NCBI GenBank assembly: GCA_051294375.1
Contig: CM119264.1
Span: forward strand, 24,974,218-25,038,217
Reading direction: 5' to 3'
DNA from: Paraspadella gotoi
Taxonomy: Eukaryota; Animalia; Chaetognatha
DNA length: 64,000 nucleotides
The translations under genes were made by a program, and so were the position numbers. Below the pieces are notes generated by a model. The model was not told the DNA's origin. It did no database searches and saw only the letters and a program-made list of their open reading frames with translations. Below, one piece after another: positions 38,427 to 51,878 of this stretch (position 1 is the first letter of the stretch; each line of letters begins with the position of its first letter).

Positions 38427-38760
38427 ATTGTGTGGAGAGAATGTGTGGAGAGAATGTGTGGAGAGAATGTGTGAAGAGAATGTGTAGAGAGAATGTGCGG
38501 AGAGAATGGGTGGAGAAAATGTGGGGAGGGACTGTGTGAAAAAAATGTGTGAATAGAAGGTCTGATGGGATTGTGTATAGAAAATGTGGAGAGAAACTGT
38601 GTGGAGAGAATGTGTGGAGAATGTGTGGAGAAAATGTGGGTAGCGAATTTGTGAGGATCATGTATTAAAAGAATGTGTGGAGAGATCGTGTGGAAAGAAT
38701 GTGGGGAGCGAATGTGCGAAGAGCATAAATTCAATGAATGTGTGGAAATTGGAGAAACCA
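38427..38760. repeat. ~14-bp minisatellite (tgtggagagaatg)
   Basis: About 20 variably degenerate units. Confidence 0.9.
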
Positions 38761-38899
38761 TTCGGAGAAAATGCGTCCAATAATATTTCTAAAGAGAAAG
38801 TGAGTGGACAGAATGTGGTGAATAAAAGAGAAAGAAGAGAGAATGTTGTCTGTATACGTGGTAGTAAGATGCATTATGAATGAGAGAAAGAGAGAAAGG

Positions 38900-38966
<67 letters not shown>

Positions 38967-39287
38967 CGAGAGAGAGAAAGAGAGAAATATGAATAAAGAT
39001 GGTTAAAAATGAAAAATGAGTCATGAAAAATGAAGAAAGGAGATTAAGGTCGTCGCATTTTGATGATGCTTTTTTAGATTTTTCATTTTTTTGGTGCAAT
39101 ATAATTTAAGAACGAAACGCCAAAAATTAAACTCATCTGTTCCTACACGCCATCTTAATCGCGATCGCATTCGCACTTAATTTGCTATTTGTTTATGTCG
39201 CACTATTTTTTAATTCCATTTCTTGCCCTTCACACTCCTTTATCTTCCATTTGCCTCTCCCTTCGTACCCAATTCACTCGTTCTATG

Positions 39288-39318
<31 letters not shown>

Positions 39319-39361
39319 TCTCTCATCTCTTCTTCTCTCCTCTACTCTTTCTCTCTCTCTA

Positions 39362-39393
<32 letters not shown>

Positions 39394-39403
39394 CTCCTTC
39401 TTC

Positions 39404-39435
<32 letters not shown>

Positions 39436-40442
39436 CTTATCTTCTTTTTTCTTATCTTTTCCTTCTTCTTCTCTCTCTTCCCTCTCTCTCTCTCTTCTCT
39501 TCTCTCTTCTTTCTCTCTCATCTCTTCTTCTCCTCTCTCTTCTCTTTTTCATCTTTCTTTTCCTTTCCTTCTTTCTCGCTTTTCATCGGCCCTTGCTCCT
39601 GTAATCGACGCCAATTTCTTTGGCCTTTTCAAATCTTTTGTTCCGAACCTAAGCGGATGTAGTAGATATATGTTGGACAATTCCGCGTTAGCCTATTGTA
39701 GATGCGGTGTGCAGCGGTTAAAAAACGCAGCCTTCTCCAACAAGATCTTCATAACAAAGATTTAAAGATTTTCAAATGGTTAAGATCCCAATTCAGAGCC
39801 CATTATCTAAGAATAGTTATGATCGATCCTTTCGCATTTCATCTATCAGTCCCATCTGAAAGGAAAAATAAAAATTGTTTTGTGCGTCTTCAACGGAGAG
39901 TCGTGATTCAATTCTAATCAGGGCCTTTTGAGGGACAATGAAGGCGGAGCTCAGAAATCGCGAGAAAACGAGAGGCTCCATGTTGGGAAAGAGGTTGTCG
40001 GGAAGTGTCGTGGTGCTGGGCTGCAGTGGTGAGGGTTTTATCAAGGGGGTAGGTGAACGAAGTAGGTTCGGGCAGTCGGCTCGTGTTTGGCCTTAAACTG
40101 GACATTTCCAATGCAGATAGCAGGAAAAAAAAGGTCGCTGGTCAATTGTGCTCGGCTTCAATGGTCTTTGGCGAAAGCAAAAAGCGAAAGGCAATTACGG
40201 CAATAGGAGGGAGGGAGGAGGGCGATTTGATGGCGTCTTGGCCTTCGTCGTTTCGTTGTTGTTGTTTTTGTCGTCAACGCCGTCGCTATGGGCGGCGAAA
40301 TGGAGCTCGCGTTCCGAGAGTAAATACAATAACAAAGGAATAAGAAATGGCAACGCATCTTCTTTTATTGCGCGGTCGCTCGAAACGGACGCGGCCGAGA
40401 CGATCGTCCGAGAAAAAGGCGAAGATAGCGCTGCGATAACAC

Positions 40443-40539
40443 ATGGATAGAGAAAAGATAGCCAAGCGATGGCGTGTAGTTGGCGCAATGACGGCTTTTG
40501 AATGGCGTAAAGATCTGGTAAAAAGACAAATGGCCCAAA
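40443..40539 (+). pseudogene. ANTP-like homeobox relic
   Basis: DREKIAKRWRV (R31, I34, A35, V40), then frameshifted GVKIW*KDKWPK (V45, K46, I47, W48, K55). Confidence 0.45.
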
Positions 40540-40694
40540 GATTAAAGAAGGGATGGCGTAACGAAGGAAGTAGGTCGCATGGATGGCGTTGCCGTTTTTG
40601 AGCCTTCACTGATTCGAATCCGTGGCGCGGAGATAGATTTATCGAATGGGAGATCAACTGAACGAGTGTCGATTGTCAAAAACTAGAGAGAGAT

Positions 40695-40725
<31 letters not shown>

Positions 40726-40743
40726 AGAAGAGAGAGAAGAGAG

Positions 40744-40792
<49 letters not shown>

Positions 40793-41598
40793 GAGCGAGG
40801 GGATGAGAAAGAAAAGGAGAAATGAAAGTAGACGAAAATATGTAATAACGTTGAAGATGAAAGTCATTAAATAAGTATGGTTAATGAATCTCTTTTTCTC
40901 TCTCTTTCTCGTTTTTTTTTCTTTTTCTTTCTCTCCCTTTCTCTCTCTTTCTTTGTCTTTCTTTCGGTGATATTTTTAATATAACCGCAATTGGAAATTT
41001 CTTTTAATTCCCTCGTGACTTTTCTCTCTTCGTTTCACGACGTTTTTTTTAATCGATGTACGTACTTACAAAAACATTGCTTTGTTTTTTTGTTTTGTTT
41101 TTTTTGTTTGTTTTTTTTTCTTTTTTTTTAAACTGGTACAGGTTTTTTTTCGCCTCCGTTGGCAAGTCTCCACTCATTTTTTTCAATATATTCGCATATA
41201 AATATCTAGATTTAAAGCGAAGATGATTGTATTTAATTTACTTCTTTCGTTAAAATTCGAGACTTCATGTCAAGTGGCCAAATGACGGCAATTGCGACGA
41301 GGCAATTTATATGGAGTTCAGCTCGATTTAATATAACGCTCCAGATTTCTAGATTTCTAGATTCCGAAAGATTTTTTTTTTTTATTTTTCATTTATTTAT
41401 TATTTTATTGCACTCTCAATGTTAAGATTTATTTTCTTCATTTAATTTGACTTTCATTTTTTTTTTCAATTTCTTTTGATTTTTATTTTTTTCTTCGGTT
41501 GAAACAGCCTTTTTTTGATAATAATGAAATATAAAATATTTTTTCAGACTTATATCTTTCTTATCTATCTAATCCTTATTGTTAACCTCTTGACTGAC

Positions 41599-41778
41599 GA
41601 GAAAAGAGGAAAAATGACATCGAAGAAAAAGGAAGAAGCTCTTAAAATTTCTCTCCAGCATCATCAGCATCATCTTTCCTTCTTCGACGAGAATCCTCAG
41701 CGAGAGAAGCATCTCAACGAATTCTCCAGGAGCAAAAGGATAAACGTTCAAAACTGGATACCAGAAAAAAAAAACAAA
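41599..41778 (+). pseudogene. Highly divergent TALE-like homeobox, open frame in copy A; frameshifted copies at ~46725-46920 and ~55635-55805
   Basis: EKRGKMTSKKKEEALKISLQHHQHHLSFFDENPQREKHLNEFSRSKRINVQNWIPEKKNK aligns with the Meis/TGIF pattern KRG..PK....L..WL..H..HPYP...K..L....L...QV.NWF; lacks PYP, F49, N51 and R53. Confidence 0.5.
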
Positions 41779-42102
41779 ACAAAAAAAAAAGAAAACAAAC
41801 AAAAACAAACCCCGAAGACTCTCGTTTTGCCCTCCACCCATCGGCAATATGTTTTTCTCTCTCTCTCTGTTTTTTATCGTTCGTTTGGCTTTTTTGCCCC
41901 CGACACTTGGCTTTTTTTTTACCTTCTCACCCTCAGATTTTGTCGCCTATCCCTTTACCCCCGCTTCCCCTTGTTTTCGCCCTGTTTTCTCCATGCCTAC
42001 TTTCTCGCCTCCCCACCCACTCTCCTTCTGCCAACTCCCGCCTTCCCCGTTTGGTCCGCCTTCTTATTTCTGCCCTCCTTAAATAAAAAAAAAAAGAAAA
42101 AG

Positions 42103-42316
42103 AAAAAAAAACGGTTGGCAGTGGCTCAATTTTCCCTTTATTGCGACTGGAACAGAAGGGCGCGGCCCGGTTTGGCGTCCGCATCGCCCAGCGTCGGCCA
42201 GCGTCGGGTCTTGGCGGCCAGCGTCGGCCCTCGGCGGCCTGTCGCCGGCCGACGACGGTAAACCGAGTTCTACGGCGTCTGAATGCTGTTTCCGGAATCG
42301 AAGGGCAACGCAAGGT
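42103..42316 (+). pseudogene. Full-length homeobox relic in shifting frames; copies at ~47275-47505 and ~56130-56350
   Basis: KKKRLAVAQFS / LRLEQK / PSVGQRRVLAASVG (P26, R31, L34, A35, V38, G39 in register) / ECCFRNRRATQ (W48 to TGT, F49, N51, R52, R53, A54). Confidence 0.7.
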
Positions 42317-42481
42317 CGCGTTCGGCCTCGTCGTTAACGTCGTCGTCGTCGTCGTCGTCGTCGTCGACATTGATGTCGTACGAGTTGTCATCGCTTTTTT
42401 TGGTTGACGTTGAGGTCGCCGTCAAAGTCGGCATATGCCTCGTTTTCTTTTGGACCGTTACTGGAGACATTTTCATCGATG

Positions 42482-42598
42482 TTGTCATCGTCGTCGTCAC
42501 TGTCATCGTCGACATCGTCGTCGTCCCTGTCATCGTCGACATCGTCGTCGCCACTGTCATCGTCGACATCGTCGTCGTCCCTGTCATCGTCGTCGTCG
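42482..42598. repeat. 27-bp tandem repeat derived from (TCG)n
   Basis: Unit tgtcatcgtcgacatcgtcgtcgtccc, ~4 copies. Confidence 0.85.
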
Positions 42599-43179
42599 TT
42601 TACGTGATCGTCTTTGAGTCGTCGTCATCGTCGTCGTTGTCGTCCGCGTCCTTTAACACGCTTTAGCCGTCAACTCCGTCGCTTTATCTTCGGCTATTGA
42701 CGTCAAAAAGCAGCGACTTTCGGCGGCTTCAAGGTCGTTCTTCCTGTCGTCGTCGTCGTCGTCGTCGTCACCGTCCTTAGCGTCAAATCCTTTGACAAAG
42801 GTGGCGATTTTTTATTCTTTTTTCCTTCATCAAAACTGATTTCTCTTTTTTTTTGTTGGTCACAAGTCGGTTTAGATTTTTTTTTATCCGATTTAATTAA
42901 TGACATATTTTTTTTATCCTTATTGTTCTTTTTTTGTTTTTTTGTTTTTTGTTGTCTCGAGTCTGTCTACGAATCGAGTCCTTTCTCGTTGATTATTGTT
43001 GTTATTAGATGGATGTTGTTGTTGTTGTTGTAGTCGTCAATCTCTTTTCTATTATTCTCATAGCTATCGTCTTTGTGGCGGCGCAGTTGCTGTCGCGCTA
43101 ATCTCGGCGGCTGCCGCTTGACCGCCAGTTAATGAAGGCGCAGCAGCCACGCGATGCCGCTGCGCCGCAGCTTTGTTTT

Positions 43180-43218
43180 CCTTTTTCCGCTGATCAGTTG
43201 AGTCGTTAGGAGAAAAAA
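43180..43218 (+). pseudogene. Homeobox helix-1 relic
   Basis: PFSADQLSR*EKK versus PFTxxQLxxLEKK; the L16 codon is TAG, one change from TTG. Confidence 0.45.
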
Positions 43219-43374
43219 GGAGAAAAAAGGAAAATGAAAAAATAGGGAAAAAACCGAGAAAACCAAAACATAAAAAAACAAGTTTGAGCAAACAATGTCG
43301 GATCTGCCTACGATAATTAAGCGGTAATGAGCTAACTTGGTCAACTTGCATATGCATAATGTATTCATAATATA

Positions 43375-43578
43375 TTCAACTGGCATAATATTGTCAACTG
43401 GCATAATTTGGTCAACTGGCATAATTTTCTCAACTGACATAATTTGGTAAACTTGCTTAATTTGGTAAACTGACATAATTTGGTAAACTGACATAATTTG
43501 GTCAACTCAAATATCTTGGTCAACCAGCATTATTTGGTCAACCAGCATTATTTGGTCAACTGGCATAATTTGGTCAAT
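43375..43578. repeat. 18-bp minisatellite (ggcataatttggtcaact); also in copies B and C
   Basis: About 11 units. Confidence 0.9.
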
Positions 43579-45022
43579 CAATTAATCAATCAGTCAGAGA
43601 GAGAGTGATAGAGATACTTTAAAACATTCAAATAAATGTGTGTTTTGGTTTTCTAATTTAAAATTTTCCACTCCTACGATTCCCTCAAAAATTTATATCC
43701 AGCTTAATTACATACTTTCCTACCCACACACAATTTCATTTCAATTTATCTATTATGACAACAGCCGGGTTGCCTGTGATGCCCATTAGNNNNNNNNNNN
43801 NNNNNNNNNNNNNNNNNNNNNNNNNNNNNNNNNNNNNNNNNNNNNNNNNNNNNNNNNNNNNNNNNNNNNNNNNNNNNNNNNNNNNNNNNNNNNNNNNNNN
43901 NNNNNNNNNNNNNNNNNNNNNNNNNNNNNNNNNNNNNNNNNNNNNNNNNNNNNNNNNNNNNNNNNNNNNNNNNNNNNNNNNNNNNNNNNNNNNNNNNNNN
44001 NNNNNNNNNNNNNNNNNNNNNNNNNNNNNNNNNNNNNNNNNNNNNNNNNNNNNNNNNNNNNNNNNNNNNNNNNNNNNNNNNNNNNNNNNNNNNNNNNNNN
44101 NNNNNNNNNNNNNNNNNNNNNACGATGGTGGACATGAGGCGGTGTGAATATACCGCCACACTATCTAATTTTTAATAAATATAATAATGAAGAACGAGCT
44201 GGTCTTCGGAGAGGAAAATTGGAAGGGGTATAACCAATCTATTTAAAATGTATTTTAACACATGAAAAGGTTAAAATAAAGCTCGCGCTCCCCATTCATG
44301 TTCTTCCCAAGAACCTACGCTTTCCGAATATACCCATATTGTTCCACTTTATTAAGTGCTTGACCATGGAATTTTCAAAATAATCGATTTCTAGCAAAAA
44401 CCTGATTGCCCCTTCGACTCGAACGACTTGCATCCCCACCTTAGTTGTCATACGATTCCAATTCATGTTAATCAACAGTGTTTTATTGTTGTTTATATCC
44501 ATTTCAAAAAAAAAAGAAATAAGGTAAAATGTAGCGGTAGTATTTCCCACCCCCCTTTCATAGCAAAATGTATGTTCAAAATAATTTCATAATTATTAAT
44601 ATGTCAACAGTTGCTATTAATAAAAAAAGATTGTTCCTTAACCTTTTCTACCAATGTTCACTACTTTGTGTAATAATTAAAATTTTGTATCCATTTAACA
44701 GGTTTGTTCTTCGAATAATAAATTAATTGAAATAAATCGAAATATTTCTATATTTCTTTTTAATGTTTAATATTGATATAAAATCACCAGACAAGTCAAT
44801 TACAATAAAAGAAAAAACATAAAGAAGTAAAATATACAATGTAAATAAAAAAAATCATATTTTTATTTCTTTGAAGATTTTTCCACAAATTAAGATAATA
44901 AAAGACTCCATCAATATTATATATTTTTGTGTTATTTCTCTCTTTTCGTTGTTTTAGTAGCATTTATTGAAAACAAAAGTTTTTGTTATTTTTTACAACG
45001 ATTTTTTTTATTGATAACAAAG

Positions 45023-45065
45023 ACGGACATGTTTCGACCCTTAGGGTTCGAGTCTTCAGCAGCGT
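45023..45065 (-). ncRNA. Hammerhead-like motif with variant core (CTGCTGA); duplicates at 50436-50479 and 59118-59160
   Basis: Minus strand acgCTGcTGAagactcgaaccctaagggtcGAAAcatGTCcgt; flank acgatttttttatt...acggacatg is shared with the 2787 element. Confidence 0.65.
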
Positions 45066-48000
45066 TTAACATCAACTCGCCGTCTGGTCAATTGTTGCTC
45101 GGCTTCGAAATGGTCTTTTTGGCGAAGCAGAAAAGCCGGAAAGGCAATTACGGCATAGAGAGAGGGAGGCAGGGCGATATTGAATGGGACCGTCTTGGCC
45201 TTCGTCGTTTCGTGGTTGTTGTTGTGTTCCAGTCAAGCCGCCGTCGCTTATGGGCGGCGAAATGGAGTCCGCGTTCCGGAGTAAATACAATTAACAAAGG
45301 AAGTAGAATCGCAACGCTCCTTCTTTTATTGACGGCCGTGCGACTCCGAAAATCGGACGCGAGGCCCGGAGCACGAGGCGTCGAGAATACCGGGAGGATA
45401 GCAACGCGCGTGGAAGCACATAGGGATTACATGATACGAGAAAAGATAGCCAAGCGAATGGCGTGTAGTTGGGCGCAATGGGACGGGCGTTTTTGAATGG
45501 CGGTAGAAGATCTGGTAAAAAACAAATGCCCAAAGATTAAAGGGAAGGGATGGGTAACGGAAGAAGTAGTCGTCGCATGGGGTGGCGTTGCCGTGTTTTT
45601 GAGCCGTTCACTGATTCGAATCCGTGGCGCTGGGAGATAGATTTATCGTAATGGGAGATCATACTGAACGAGTTGTCGATTGTCCAAAAACTAGAGAGAG
45701 AGAGAAGAGAGAGACGAGAAGAGAGAGAGGAGAGAGAGAGAAGAGAGAGAGAGTAGAGAGGAGAGAGAGAGAGAGAGACAGAGAAGAATAGGAGGAGAGA
45801 AGAAAGAAAGAGTAACGAATATGAAAAGTGAAGCATGATTTAAATTAAAGTATGGGTAATGAATTATTCTTCTCTCTCTCTCTCGTTTTTCTTTTCTTTT
45901 CTCTCTCTCATCTCCCTCTCCTTTCTCTTCTCTTCTCTTTGTCTCTCTCTCTCTCGTTTCGATATTTTTTGGATATGTAACCGTCACCATGCGTTTCTTC
46001 ATTAGACATTCCCTCTAACGTGCATCCTTTCTGCTCTCGTTTGTGTCTCAATTCGGAGTTTTTTTTTTCGTTACGTCTTACAGCTTCTCTCTGCTTCTTT
46101 TTGTTTTCGTTTCGGTATTTGTTTTTTAATTATACCGATTGCATTTTTTTTAATGTACACGTGTGATTTTTTCGTCTCTCCGTTTTGAGTTTTTTTACAT
46201 GACTGTCTTCCGGACTGTGTTTTCTTTTTGAGGTTTTCTTTTTTTAATGATTATTCAGCTTATATATATTAATATAATAAAATATAATCTAGATTTAAAG
46301 CAAGATGATTGTATTTTAAGTTTTTACTTCTTTCGGTTGAAATTCGAGACTTCATGTCAAGTGCCATAAAAATCAAACTGACGACAATTTGGCGACGAGG
46401 CAATTTATATGGAGTTCAGCTCGATTTGTAAAATATAACGCTGCCAAGATTTCTTTCTAGTTTGTCTAGATTTCCGAAAGATTTTTTTTTATATTTTTTT
46501 CATTTATTGTATTTTTTGCACTCTCAATGTTAAGGGATTTATTTTCTTCATTTAATTTGACTTTCTGTTTTTTTAATTTTCTTTTGATTTTATTATTTTT
46601 TTCCTTCGGTTAAAACAGGCCTTTATTTTGTAACTTAATGAAAGATAGTAAAATAATTTTTTCAGACCTAATATTCTTTCTTTAATCTAAGTTCTAATCT
46701 TATTGATTAACCCTCTTGAACTACGAAGAAAAAGAGGAAATGAACATCGGCGGGCAAAGGAAAAAGAAGAAGCTCTTAAATTTCTCCTCTCACATGTGCA
46801 TCAGGGCATTACATCTTTTCCTTCTTCAGACATCCTCAAGGCTGAGATGAAGCATGCTCAACAGACGTTCTCCAGGAGCAAAAAGGAAAACGTTAAAAAA
46901 ACTGGGATACCAATAAAAAAAACAAAAACAAAAAAAAACGACCGAATCGGAAAAAGAAACAACAAGAAACAAACCCGAAGACTCTCGGTGTTTGGCCTCT
47001 CACCATCGGCAAATATGTTTTTCTCTCTCTCTCTCTGTTTTGTTATCGTTCGTGTTGGCCTTTTTGCCCCGACACTTGGCTTTTTTTTTACCTTCTCACC
47101 CTCAGATTTTGTCGCCTCCCTTTACCCGCTTCCCCTTGTTTTCGCCGGCCTGTTTTTCTCCATGCCTATTTGTCGGCCCTCCACCCACTCCTCCTTTGCA
47201 AACTCCCGCCTTCCCCGTTGGTCCGCTTCTTTATGTCTGGCCCCTTCCTGTAAAACAAAAAAAAGAAAAAGAATGGAAAAAACGGGTTGGCAAGTTGGCT
47301 CAATTTTTCCCTTTATTTGCGGCTAGCTGGAACAGAATGGGCGGCGCTCCGGTTTGGGCGTCCGCATCGCCCCAGCGTCGGGCCACGGCAAGCGTCGGTC
47401 TTGGCGGCCAGCGTCGGCCCTCGGCGGCCTGTCGCCGGCGACGACGGTAAACCGAGTTTCTACGGCGTTGAATGCTGGTTTCGCGGAATCGAAGGGCAAC
47501 GCAAGTCGCGTTCGGGACTCGTCGTTAACGTCGGCTGTCGTCGTCGCGTTGACATTGAATGTCGTCACGATTACATCGCTTTTTTTGGTTTGACGTGTGA
47601 GTCGCCGTCAATGTCGGCATATGCCATTCGTTCCTTTCTTTTGGACTTCTGGGACATTCGATGATGTTGTCCATCGGGTCGACCGTCACTGCTATCGTCG
47701 ACACGATCGGTCGTCCCTGTCATCATCGGACATCGTCGTCGTCCGCGGTCCCATCGTCCGTCGTCTGACATGTCGATCGTCTCGCCTATGTGCAATCGTC
47801 GTCGTCTGTATCGTCAGATCGTCCGTCGTCGTATTTACGCTCGATCGTCTGACTCGATCGCGTCGTTGTCGTCCGCGGTCCTTTAACCACGCTTTAGCCG
47901 TCAACTCCGTCCGCTTATCTTCGGCTATTGAGTCAAAAAAGCAAGCGGACTTTCGGCGGCTTCAAGTGTTCCGTCGTCTCTCGTCCGTCGTCGTCGTCGT

Positions 48001-50653
48001 CGGTCGTCGTCGTCGTCAACCGTCTTAGCGTCAAATCCTTTGACAAAGGTGGCGTTTTTTTTATTCTTTTTCCCCTTCATCAAAACCTGATTTCTCTTGT
48101 TTTTTTTGGGTTGGTCACAAGTCGGTTTAGGAATTTTTTTTATCTGATTTAATTAATGCATTATTTTAATTTTTCTTATTGGGTTCTTTTTTTGTTTTTT
48201 TGTTTTTTGTGTTGTCTCGAGTCTGGTCGCGAATCGGAGTCCTTTCTCGTTGATTATTGTTGTTATTAGATTGGATGTTCGTTGTTGATTTGTTGGTAGT
48301 CGTCAATTCCTTTCATTATTCCTTCAATAGCTATTATCGTCTTTGGTGGCGGCGCAGTTGCCCTGTCGCGCTAATCTCGGGCGATCTGCCGCTTGACCGC
48401 AGTTTATGTAGGCGCAGGTCAGCCAACGCGGATGGCCGCTGCGCCGCAGCTTTGTGTGTTTCGCCTTTTTCCGCTGATCAGTTGAGTCGTTAGTGAAGAA
48501 AAAAAAAAAAAAAAAGGAGGAAAAAAAAAAAGGAAAAATGAAAAATAGGGAAAAAAACCGAGAAAACCCAAAAATAAGAAAAAAACAAGTTTGGAAGCAA
48601 ACAAATGTCCGGAATCTGCCTACGATAATTAAGCGTAATGAGCTAACTTGGTCAACTGTGCATATTTGCATAATGTATTCATAATATATTCACTGGCATA
48701 ATATTGTCAACTGGCCGAATAATTTGGTCAAACTGGGCATCAATTTTCTCAACATGATATAATTTGGTTAACTTGCTTAATTTGGAAACAACTGAATTTT
48801 TGAAACATGGACATAATTTGGTCAACTCAAATATCTCTGAGTCAACCAGATTAATTTGGTCGACCAGGCATTATTGTGGGTCAACTTGGCATAATTTGGT
48901 CAATCAATTAATCATAGTCAGAGAGAGGAGTGATAAGAGATACTTTAAACAATCAAATAAATGTGTGTTTTGGGTTTTCTAATTAAAATTTTCCACTCCT
49001 TACGAGTTCCCTCAAAAATTTATTCCAGCTTATTACATACTTTCCTACCCACACACCAATTTCATTTTCAATTTTATCTATTATGACGAACAGCCGGTGG
49101 CCGTGAATGCCCATTAGGGACTGTGGATGAACATGTGAGATAAGGGCTACGTGGGCTGAAGATGACTGTCCCGTAACTTCTTTAACCCCCTCTTAGCAGC
49201 CATGGACGGGTCCCTGGGCTTGAGAACCAGGCTTGAGGTTTGCCATGCCCCAGGCGGCTTTACGGCCGTCCATCACGCTTCCCGCCAGGGTAGGTACCGG
49301 GGTTGGGATTGAACTCCGGTACCCCTAGTGGTCATGAGCTGATGGCCTTTACTCAATAGACCACCGCGGTCACAACTGGAAGTGTCATGATTCCTAAGGC
49401 CGGGGAATGGACTAGGCAATGGCCCGAACTAACAAACACTACGCCTGGGGATGGTGTTGGTTCCCCCTCTGAGCCAAATGGATTTGGCGTGGAACGAAAG
49501 GGGTGGACATGAGGCGTTGGAATATACCGGCCACAGCTATCTATTTATAAATATTAATATAATAATGAAGAGACGGAGTGGTCTTCGGAAAGAGGAAAGA
49601 TTGAGAAAGGGGTAATAACAATCTATTTAAAATGTCATTTTAATACCATGAAAAGGTTAAATAAAGCTCCGTGCTCCCATTCCATGTTCTTCTCCAAGAA
49701 ACGCACGCGCTTCCGAAAGGTATACCCCTATTGTATTTCCACTTTATTAAGTGCTGACCATGGAATTTTCAAATAATCGATTTCTAGCAAAACCTGATTG
49801 CCCCTTCGACTCGAACGACTTGCATCCCCACCTTAGTTGTCATACGATTTCCAATTCATGCTTAATCAACAGTGTTATTGTTGTTTATATCCATTCAAAA
49901 AAAAAGAAATAAGGTTAAAATGTAGCGCGTAGTATTTCTTCCCCCCCTTTCATAGCAAAATGTATGTTCAAAATAATTTCTTAATTAATAATATGTCAAC
50001 AGTTGCTATTAATAAAAAAAGATTGTTCCTTAACCTTTTCTACAATTGTTCACTACGTTTTGTTAATAATTAAAATTGTGTGATCCATTTAACAGTTTGT
50101 TCTCGAATTACTTGTATAAGAGAAGAATAAATTAATTGAAATAAATCGGAAATATTTCTTATATTTCTTTTTAATGTTTATATTGATATAAAATCACCAG
50201 AGACAAGTCCAATTACAATAAAAGAAAAAACTAAAAAGTAAAATATACAATGTAATAAAAAAAATCATATTTTTATTTCTTTGAAGATTTTCCACAAATT
50301 AAGATAATAAAAGACTCCATCAATATTATATATTTTTGTTGTTATTTCTCTCTTTTCGTTGTTTTAGTAGCATTTATTGAAAACAAAAGTTTTTGTTATT
50401 TTTTACAAACGATTTTTTTTTTATGATCAACAAAGACGGACATGTTTCGACCCTTAGGGTTCGAGGTCTTCAGCAGCGTTTAACATCAACAATTAATTTG
50501 GAGACATAAGTTAAGAGGAGAGAGAGAGAGAGGAGAGAGACGAGAGAGAGAGAGAGAGAAGACTAAAGAGAGAGAGAGAGAGAAAAGAGAAAGAGAGAGA
50601 GAGAGAGAGAGAGATGAGGAGAGAGAGATAGAGAGAGAGAGAGAGAGAAACGA

Positions 50654-50684
<31 letters not shown>

Positions 50685-51878
50685 AGAAAGAGAGGATGAC
50701 AGAGAGAGAGAGAAAGAGAGAGAGTTTCCAACAAAGAACTGAGNNNNNNNNNNNNNNNNNNNNNNNNNTAAAGGATAGTGGTCAGATGTGAGGACAGGTG
50801 AGAGAAATCTAATCTCAAGATCTCAATCGCTCTCTCTCCTCTTTCCTCACAACTACAGTCAATCACTCTTTCTCTTTTGCCAAATTTCTCTTTCATCAAA
50901 AAATAACTGATTGTTGGAAACTGGAGATTTAATAGTACGAAGTCTTAGAAAACTTAACAATTAACCCACACAATACGCACACACAAAAAAAAGATAAATA
51001 TATCACCGGTGTTTAGGTTCCAAACTTATTTATTAATACTCAAATATTTTAAAAATATTTTGATAATAACGATTAGTCTCGGTCTTTATTATATTTTTAT
51101 AGTTTTTGTTATTTTTTAGAGATATTTAATGATTTTATCTGAGTTTAACTCTGTCCGTTCGAATCGAAGAAACGAACCTATATTTACAGTCAGAGAGACG
51201 AAGGGTTTAGAGAGAGAGACCGGTGGTAAGTCGCCTGAAAGTCATTCCACTTTGGCTTTAGCGTCAATTTAATCAAACTGAGTTATTACAAAAACCAATT
51301 TTCCTTTCATCTTCACCTGATTGAAATCAGTACTTCGGCTATGGATTAGATTGACATGATTACATGATTACCCAGATTGTCAATATTGCCTGGATTCCAG
51401 GCTGGAATAGGTGGAGATTGAAAGAGATGATTGCGAAGACGTCAACACCACGGTGAGTCTGAACAAAAAGAAATTCCTCATTTGCCATTTAATGATGACA
51501 TCTGCTTATTACTTAATTTACCTAATTTTTTGATTGTCTTTATTTATTTCTTTTTTTTAAACTTATTTTAAATAAGATTGGAACATCCCGTATAAAATAA
51601 TGCATTCATTCAATAAACAAACTGTAAACTATTACAAACTATTACCATATCTAGACTTGCTGTGTTGCAAATTCCATTATGAAAAATTATGTTTTCTCTT
51701 GTTTCCTCTTTGTCCTCGCCTTTGTTCTTACCTTTGTACTCACCTTTGTCCTTGCCTTGATGTTGAACATCTCAATGTCCTTTGAAGATTTTACAAGAGA
51801 AATTTAAATTACAAAATTTGCTTTTTTAATTTAACTTAAAATCTCCATTGAAGCTTAAGAAGTAGTTACTCCAACCAA

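Noticed and set aside
39817-40111. Minus-strand ORFs and a strong acceptor near 39855
   Set aside because: No partner exon or homology evident; frames close quickly.
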